Assembly (NCBI GenBank): GCA_903813345.2
Contig: CAIIXF020000001.1
Span: 18,166,001 to 18,230,000 of the forward strand
DNA length: 64,000 nt
Source of the DNA: Owenia fusiformis
Lineage: Eukaryota
Direction of reading: 5' to 3'
How positions within the stretch are numbered: the stretch's first letter is position 1; each line of letters begins with the position of its first letter. The position numbers and the translations under genes were made by a program. The notes beneath the pieces were generated by a model. That model worked only from the letters and a program-made list of their open reading frames with translations, did not search any database and had not been told where the DNA came from. This document shows positions 54,527 through 64,000 of the stretch, in pieces.

Positions 54527-57500
54527 AGCCGCATTATTTTCTTGACCACCACTATGACGTCACATATTGCTCAGGTCGATATCGTAAAATGAATGCCCTC
54601 TAAACAAGCACTAAAACCCCTAGAACTGTCCCGGCAAGGTGGTAATAATATAAAATAGTTAAATGTCCAGCGTTCCGTATCGGATATTTTTGTAACTGAT
54701 TGTAGTTATACACGATAGCATTTCATATTGTATTGTATTTGAAATAATTTTCAAATGCAAGCTAACTATGTCCTTGAGAACGGTGGCAGTTTTTTATTTG
54801 TGCTCATATATCATGGAAATCCAATCTTCTACTTATGTAAAGCCATCAATGTTTGTATGACAGTTTGTCAATCCTGAGTAAATTGGTCGTTGTGCAACTA
54901 TATCAATCCATATCAAAAATGCCAGATGCCTTTAGGTCGATTACGTAAATTGCAAATTTTCCCTCAAATAAACAAAAGCAGCCAAAGTAGATGTATAATA
55001 TGACAAATATACACGTATTATATGTAGTAGTTGTTTTCATTCCTACCACATAGTGTATGAAACGTCCCATTTTACTGATTTTCATATTACGCATTTATGT
55101 AATATATTCCCTTCCCTAACTGTGTGTTGACCAAAATGAAAATCCATCGCAAAGTAAAAAAAAGCATATTTTGTATTTTAAGGACTTTATTTTGGCTATT
55201 AGTGTCACTTTTTGCTGCAAATGATGCACATCCAGGAGCAATTACACGTTGAATAGTTAAACTAGATATAAGTTTCACAAACATTCATTATCCTGGCGAT
55301 AACTTGTCAAGGGTTTCCAATGTCCATAAGAAAACACTTATACTAGAAATGCATACACAACAATACAAACGACCATTTTTTCACTCGACCAAACCTTTTT
55401 ATTTTAATTATAAACCGAACCGATAGGGACTTATTTTGTTGAAATTCGTTTTTTAATTTTGTCCTATTTGTTTTTTATGATAGTGCAGAAGTTGGTTGAT
55501 AAAAGTGTTTTTATCGTTTAATATAGATTACAATGTTACACATAGTGTTATTTTATTGATCGAAATAGTTTAATTGGAATTGACCTCAATCGATTGACCT
55601 TAAAAGCCATATATAACAGTGACATCTATATAGAGTTTTACGATGCACGTATTTATTTAGTACAATCTTTCATTTGTAATATCAACCGATCAAGGACGTC
55701 TCGCTTGTATTGATACATCTGCCATCTCTGCTTCTCAATTGATATTGTACTAGCCATTGTCAATTTTAATAAAATAGGAATTAAAATATACAATGTATTT
55801 TCACCATATTCTTATCTATCCATTTTTTATATATTTATGAAGATTTTCAAGGGGCCTTGTACATAATCGTATGTATATTTGTGTACAAAACAGAACTTTA
55901 TCTCATCGTTCGTTAAACATAATAATTGCAAGATCAAACAATTTGAATTGGAAATGAAAATGCAAATGAAAATTCAATTATCTTTACAGATATTGGCTTA
56001 AGATGAGTTTTGTTCAGTTAAATCATAAGGATTGTGAAAGCAAACTATTCGCTTGATTGCATTAGATATTTGCAAATTAAACCGATTAAGTTGATTTTAT
56101 GCTTTTGAAATACACACTGTATTAAACTTGATTAACGATGCTTCATTTTTCATCCTTATTAATTACGCTTAGCAATGATCGATATAAAGCCTATCAGCAA
56201 AAAATATAATTGTATCTTGTTTTTTCACAGTTGATATCGCTGCAAACCTGTATACTGGCAAGAACGAATCACACTTTAGTCTCATAAAACACTGTTTTTG
56301 ATGAAACTTCCCCCAAAATATGACAATGAGTTGCTAAATGGTTCGGATGACTGTTTACCTTTACTCATTGGCTAGGAATTAATTCATCCTTGTTTTTTGA
56401 TTTGTTGAAATGTACGTTTGTCTAATGTGATTGCCAAAAAGGGAACGAAATGGAGTTTAAAATGTATTAATTCATTGTCTTATGGTACGCTAGATTTTGT
56501 CTGACCTCCATCATTTGATGAGAATAAACGTTCTATCTTGTGTTCTATCTTCTGCTTTCGGATCGCATTGATGATTCCTGAGGGTTGGGATAAGAAGTGT
56601 TAGACATTGTAATATTGAGTGTTAGTTAATAGTTTCAGATATTGGGGATCTTTTCCCCATGTTTTCCCCCTATATGTTTTTTTTTTCTTGCTGTTTTTGT
56701 AATACTGTTGGCCTTTCCCCTTTTCACCTGATATAACATCCAAAAGGACATAAATAATACATGAATATTTGACTCATGAAGGGTGATAAGAATATAATGC
56801 TTCGTCTTGTTGTATCCCCTACTTTACATTAATACAATGAACATCTTTTTCTTGTCTATCAATACTCTATCGGGGCTGAATAATGGCAACATATACAAGG
56901 AACAATTATCCGTGGAAAGGGAAAGTATCTCACAAGAAACGTTGGCCTGGATGCCATCATGTCTAGCAGCTACCCCCGATTTCCCTACACAGCTGATAAA
57001 CAAAATGTTATTCATCCTAAGTGTATGTGTGGCTTGCGTCCGAACTCAGCGTGATTAAAATTCTCCATGTCACAATGAATCTTTGGAAGAAAAAAATGTC
57101 TACTAATGGCTAGTAATTTTTCAAAATCTGACTGATGCTAAATGAGTTTCTGGTTTAATAGATAGCATTTTGGGTTGACTTTCGTGTGAATGTCATTACC
57201 CGACAAACTAACTTCTACATCTATTAAACTTGATACGAACCACCTCACGTATTTTAAGTTTCTTTTTATAGCAGGAACAATACTGTTCGTTGTCTGTGAT
57301 AAATTATACAAAAGCAGCCCAACGAAGCAATTGTGTCATACTTCTGTATATTTGACATGATTTATGGATTAAATCCGTGTTATTAACGAAATACCCCTAT
57401 CTAAGTATTGAATTTCTGAAGATGGAACTCTTGCCAGTGCTTCATATTATAATGCAAATATTGCATTTATCAATCTTAGCTACTTCTTTTTAAAAATCTC

Positions 57501-57602
57501 TCCATGCAAGTGTAAACGCGAAGCACCAGGTGAGACAGCATCCAGGTCAACGTAATACAAATATTTTATGTGCACTGATTGTCTATCATCGAGTGATTTA
57601 GA

Positions 57603-58000
57603 ACATGCTTTGTTATATTCTATGTAAGGTTTTCACTTTTACAGTGATTGATAAATCAGAATTTATATTTTCGAAACTTTTTGGTGTGGAATTGTTTTTT
57701 GTGAACAAATTGTGGCTCGCTCTTTAGACATTCCTGTCTTTGAAACAGTGGGCATTTAAGCATCGTCATATGTTGGACATTCGAGAACTACTTGTATGTG
57801 TGGATTTACAACATGTTCTGTAATATTCTATGTTAGGTTTCTATTTTTACAGTGATTGGTAATTCAGAATTGATATTTTTGGTGACATCTTAGGAACCAA
57901 TCGTGGCTTGTTCTTTTGACCTACTTGTCTATGAATTGAGGGGTACTTAAGCATCATCATATGTTTGACATTCGCAAACTACTTTTACATGTGACTTTCG
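57603..58000. repeat. diverged ~200-bp tandem duplication in the intron
   Basis: acatg.t.tgt.atattctatgt.aggttt...ttttacagtgattg.taa.tcagaatt occurs at 57603 and 57811. ttaagcatc.tcatatgtt.gacattcg..aactact occurs near 57756 and 57947. Confidence 0.8.
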
Positions 58001-59612
58001 AACATTTTATTACCATATTTATGATTTGATGTTATATAAATTATCATGCTGTTCATACTCCAGTTGCTGAAGGGGAACATAGGTGTTTCTAAAAACTCAA
58101 TTCTGAGTTTACAGAGTCTATTTTTAAGTAGATTTTACTTTGTGATGGCGTGGGTTTGTTTTCTAACCGGATCGCATTGCCCTCTTTAATTTTTTAAACT
58201 ATGTTTTACCTTACGAGTATAACGATCATCGCAATTGTTGTAAAAAAATATTCAATATCTTAAAATACCCATAGAGATTCAGTTAAAATTATGTATTAAC
58301 TATTATAGATTGCGAAAGTATGAAGGCAACACCAACGAAGTGCTAAAAAATATAAAATATATCAGATTTCAATACAACAACTGAATAATAACGATGATAT
58401 CCTCAAAAACATACGATTCAAGCAAAGGAAAGTATACAATAAGACCAACGATTGCCTTACATACCAAAGCTTTTGCAGTGTCATGATTTGATGTTTTTGT
58501 TAGATTAGGGTTGATTAGGAATAATAAACTGTTAATATTGTGTGATAATCCAGTGTTTCCAATAACCACGTTCAAACCTCCAACAACTTCATAATGAGAA
58601 GAGCTAAAATACAGTAATATATTAAAATACATTTAAAGAAGTTTATATTGCAAAAAACGCACAACGATAACGGTTGACAATTACATGAAAAATAGACATT
58701 AGTACAATAATGTGTATGTAAATGATAATATTAATGCAGATGTTTATTAGGAAAATATTTGAAAAGAATAGAATGGTACCAAGCAAGTAAAATTTAGTTC
58801 ATGGACCACTTTGTATGTCTGGGTATTGTCGTGTCCGTCACGCTCGCTAGTTGATGGACATGTTAAACAGGCGTGAAATGGATCGTGATACAAATACTGT
58901 CATAGTATATTAATGACACCAGGCAGATAGTCAGGCCATGTTTGAACTGTGCTTGTTTAAGCAACCTTGCATCTATTTTTCACATTTTACATAATAAACA
59001 CCTTTGCGTTTGTTAAACTAAAAAAGTTTGCATGTGAAACACGGGGGAACTGTGGATAAACCCCAGCAGACAAAATCAAGTCATGTAATCTGTCTCAATA
59101 AAACAGTGCTTTTTAAAAGCATGAAGCAATCTACCATCACCTAATGCATCTGTTGTGTTAATACTGTGTCATAGCAGACCCTCGACAACGAGCTTGAGTT
59201 GTTGATAAAGCAGTATATTCATATAATATGGAAATTGTACATCAACTTGTTATTTTTGAAGCTATCTTTCATCAGTGTCATGGTTATAACATTAAACATA
59301 TTTTGAAAACACAAAATGCAATCTATTACATATTTAGTGTGTTCATACTCTGAAGCCTGAACAGTAGATACCCCGATGTTCGGATTAATATGAGTCATCT
59401 CAATTCAAGTGTTAATTATCTAGGCAGTGTTTTATATCATCCAAGTGTGAACATCCCCTGCCTTGCACACACTGTGCCTAACCACATACACACTGTGCAT
59501 GCATACATTGTTTCTTATCATGTTAACCTTAAATGCTTTTTAATCCCATTGTTCAGAACCCAAACTCCGAAAATATCAAGCATTGTTTTAATCAGTTTTT
59601 ACAAAAATGTAA

Positions 59613-59972
<360 letters not shown>

Positions 59973-60866
59973 ATGGATGTACATATTGTATATAAACCAA
60001 GGAACCATCTAAGGGAAACTGCGTGTACATTGTATATTTCAGATTGCAAATAGCACTATCTTGGATCCATTTGGATTGCTCTGTACAGACAGGATGACAC
60101 TAGGTCATGAACGAGAATGGTATATGTATAACACATATACATGTGATCATCTGAAAGGGTAAATTTTTAATTTAAAGGGTAAAGTATCCAAAGGGTATGG
60201 ACAAGCTATAGTGCCATGAACTAAAAGTAAGGGTAAAGACGGTAAAAAGGGTACACATCATCATACTTGACCTCAAAAGACCAACTTGGTTTTGGAGGAA
60301 CCATCAACAAGAGACAGTCACTGATACTGCACATTGTATTGTTACATGTTATATAGACCATCCAAGATCTGAACATACACTTTAAATATAATCATATTGA
60401 TTAAATCTCAGAGGATTTTGCAATACGATCAAGTATACCATGACAGGAGTTCATTGTCAAAATCTAATTGTTCATGCTTCCATGAGCAATCACATTCATA
60501 ACATTTTATCACTTTTTAGTGATTCCCATGAGAGCTTAGTGCTTAGATCATGATGAAAATTATAAAGTTGTAAATGACGCCTTTGCCATTTTTCACTCGT
60601 TGATGCATACTGGTAAAAGAAAAAAGCATATTTTGTGTGTATGTTAATGTTTTCTATTCGATGGGATGGCTATTAGTTTAGATTATATATAGAATACGGA
60701 GTCTATCCAAAATGTGCTACATTATTTATAATGTAGAGCTTTAGATGATTGTATTGTAAGTTTTCACACTGGACAATAATAGCTGGACAAACAACACACG
60801 CCCATTGGAGAGGGATACGTCATTTTGTCATTTTGATGTTGTTATCGTCGTGAATGTGGATTATAA

Positions 60867-60872
60867 AATAAA
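60867..60872 (+). terminator. candidate polyadenylation signal of Antp (3' UTR of about 0.9 kb)
   Basis: This is the first AATAAA I found after the stop codon. A variant ATTAAA occurs earlier near 60400, and the actual cleavage site is unknown. Confidence 0.45.
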
Positions 60873-62307
60873 TATATAGAACACTTAATACAGTGTAATT
60901 ATTTACAACCAAGAAACCACTCAACTGAGTATCTGGGGTAAGTTGAATATTTTTTCCTCTATACCCACAGGCTCCACAGGTCATAATGTGGTCACCTCAC
61001 AACTGGCAAATCGTATTAGTCATAATGTTTTCCTTTTTCCTACGATGCAATTTGAGACAACTGTCCCCTCAGCAAATGAAACCACTTAAGTAAATTACTG
61101 GAAACAGATAGACTCTTCTTACGTTAATAGCATGACACCATTTAATGATGACCTTTCTGGAATGTAACCGTTATTTTAAGTTTATTATATGAGAAAGTAT
61201 TTATAATTCTAAAACTGTTCATATCTACCAGATGTAACCAACCTTGAATGAGATAGAAGTTAATGCAACTCAATAAACTTCGTTTAATCCAATTTAATCG
61301 CTGGATTAAACATGCATGCTAAACCTTCTGACAACTAAAATATTAGGAATTGTATTTATACGAATATCCTTGTATAATAACTTGTTTTTCCAAAATATAT
61401 CTGAAGTACGATGTTGTGGTCAGACTGTAAGTCAGGTGAGAATTCCAACTCCTGTGAAACTGGTCACTTCGTGGGTGGTACATGAAGCGAAAGTGATCAA
61501 CGAAAACTATATAGGCGTGAAATGAATCCCACAGTGAGACCACCAATCTCCTACAGTATTCAATAGTCAATACTTCTGAGCAAAAAAAATATAATATTTT
61601 TTAAATTTGGAAGCGAGAATGGCTTACCTTACTAGAGTGTGTCAAATCCGTTTGTCTCACAAGACAATGCAGAACATTTAGAATATAATGCCCATGAAGA
61701 AATCATGCAATACAATACCAAAGTACAATATGGAGATATAAAACTGAAACGTCATTGTAATAAAGCATTAATATTTAAATTTTTCTAAAGACTTTGATGT
61801 TCCATGCTTTGTCAAATTTCAATGGAGACATTAAGCGACTGTTAGCTCTGGTGGCCTACAGAACGCTCGGGGTAATATCATGGGGTCTTTAAACACCTTT
61901 TCAAACATCATTCTAAGTCCAAAAATATTTTAGAATCTTTTCAACAAATTTAGAAGTTAAAAAATATTTGCAACAGTAAAAGTACAAAATGGCGGATAGA
62001 ACTGTTTATGACGCAACATAGCATATGAATAAAATTTAGGGCATCCAAGTTTAACGTATTGCTTTTGTCTGTTTGAAATAACGTGAACCGTGTTTTAATG
62101 GATTTTTATAAAAAAAACTCGAATCATGACAGATTTATTGAAAGGAAATTCTAAAGCAAATGTTGTCTACAGCTTATAGCGAGTCACAAACAAATCATCT
62201 TCGCGTCTGCGCACTGAGTACGGATGCATAAAAATCAAGATGGCGGTCAGGTGTGGCAGACGGTTGAAAATGTTAGAAAAATCGACGAAATAGTTGGAAG
62301 AAAATGT

Positions 62308-62389
62308 GGGATTCTCTTGTACCCTGTAGAACCGAGCTTGTGCTGAAGTTTAGAACCACAAGCCATTCTACAGTGTGCATGGAAATTCT
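62308..62389 (+). ncRNA. mir-10: miR-10-family microRNA hairpin (predicted 5p 62320-62342, 3p arm about 62357-62379)
   Basis: 5p UACCCUGUAGAACCGAGCUUGUG matches vertebrate miR-10b-5p at 21/23 positions. It pairs with CACAAGCCAUUCUACAGUGUGCA across a 14-nt loop. A lower stem (GGGAUUCUCU / UGGAAAUUCU) is present, and a CNNC motif (CGAC, 62397-62400) lies ~18 nt after the predicted 3' Drosha cut. Confidence 0.92.
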
Positions 62390-64000
62390 TACGATTCGAC
62401 ATATACACGTGAAATATGGCACCAGACATGGAATCCAGGGCCCGGTACGATTATAGGTTATCCAGACACGGAAGACGATCGATATGCACGGCGTTGTGTC
62501 TTGTCTGATGGACATTGTGTTACAGTGGAAGTGGAACATCAAGTCTGATGGGCAGCGTTTTCCACATAGTTTGATTATGAATCAATTGAATTTCTATATC
62601 TATATTCTATTTTGAATCATCTAGATGTACAAAAGATGTCACTTGGTGAATTGAGCTCATGTATGTACATCGTGACCCAGACTTCATAGAATGGACTTGA
62701 TTGGAAAAAAAGGAACAGTATCGAGTTTAATGTTATTGAAACGTTGTTCAATAAACCAATTTCTATATTCATATACATGTGAATCATACCAAACTATTTT
62801 GTTTATTTGTGATTATACAGTGTTTGATAAACGTGCATTTACAGTTATTTCAAATGGAGTTTTCCATCTAGACGGCCATTTTGTTTTCTCAACGTCATCA
62901 AAGAGCAGAGTTATGATTGGTCTGAGACAAATCAAGACCCTGTCCCATAGAACTCAATATATATATCCTCATGCTCTCTCTCTCCACCTATATATTGAAA
63001 CCAATATTTCCTACATACAACCTGTACTAAATGGCCACAAAAACCCCAATATTGCTAGCTTGTGTATGAATCAAGATATTAAATATATTCAACTAAATTG
63101 ACCCAAATGCAAAAGAATCCCGAACCATAACTAAAGATTTACGTTTTCAGAATATGTCTAATAAAGCAACGCAGATGTTGATCTATTTTTTGGTCTCGTT
63201 AAAGGCTATATTTGTTCACTTTTAACCCAGGTTCCAATTTTACTTTCTCATCGCGTCCACAGCTAGTGGCATATGCAGCAATTAATCAAAGCAAAGACAG
63301 AGATTAATTATCTCCCGTCTATTCTTTACAAATGCATATGAAAAATTGGCCTGGCCAATTCGTACGGAAATTAAAAGATAAAACAGTGATAACATTTAAA
63401 TTGAACTGGCATCTGTGTTCATCCATCGAAACATGGTTACTAAAAAGAACGGAGGTATTGATACAATGCTGTTCCTGTTTGTCCCTACAATGAAAATGCA
63501 ATTTAGTCAATCTTGCTTTAAATAGCATCAATCCTTCTTTACATAACGAGCATTTAATTTGTTTGTTGAGCCATTTTATTCGGATTGGAAAAGAAATGGA
63601 TAAAATCAAGCCTCGATGTAACTAATCAGCTCCAAGAGTTCATGGTTCGATAATGATCCACCTTCTGGACAAACTGGATCGGTGATAAATTCACCAAACT
63701 CGCTCACTTATTTAACCATTTCACTTAATTATTACTAACATAATAACATTTTAATCGTTTGTTATATTTAAAGGGTGTCAACGACCGACCCGTTATTAAA
63801 TTGACATTTATGTGGCCTATTTTATGAATACATGAAGAACGTTGTAACATGCTGTTCAGCTATATGTATTGGTATGTAAGGTCTATATTTACAAGATTTA
63901 TTGTGAAGTAACGAAGACTCGTCTCCAGGGCAAAACCATGTGTTAATTACAGATGTACTGTCGTATATGTGTTACATTGAACTGGCGTATTTGAGAGAAG

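Noticed and set aside
56205-56270. strong acceptor (cttgttttttcacag) as a candidate Antp/Ubx-style microexon
   Set aside because: No good donor at a frame-preserving distance.

Overview
AT-rich animal genomic DNA, most likely a lophotrochozoan (probably mollusc) Hox cluster segment; the taxon is inferred. The only convincing protein-coding gene is a two-exon Antennapedia-class Hox gene on the + strand: exon 39216-39732 ending in the hexapeptide YPWMRSQF, a 19.9-kb phase-1 intron, and homeobox exon 59638-59972, giving about 283 aa. About 2.3 kb after its stop codon is a well-formed miR-10-family hairpin (5p UACCCUGUAGAACCGAGCUUGUG), away from the canonical Hox4/Hox5 position. The Antp 3' UTR carries five AAGGGTA motifs in 99 nt that are complementary to the UACCCU start of miR-10-family miRNAs. 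The ~39 kb upstream has no recognisable genes. It and the intron contain minisatellites, MITEs, decayed Academ-like and Penelope-like fragments, foldbacks and candidate Hox/Pbx/Meis sites. Most ORF-track entries are spurious. Nothing demonstrates a wholly new system; the best lead is a local Antp / miR-10-paralogue regulatory module.
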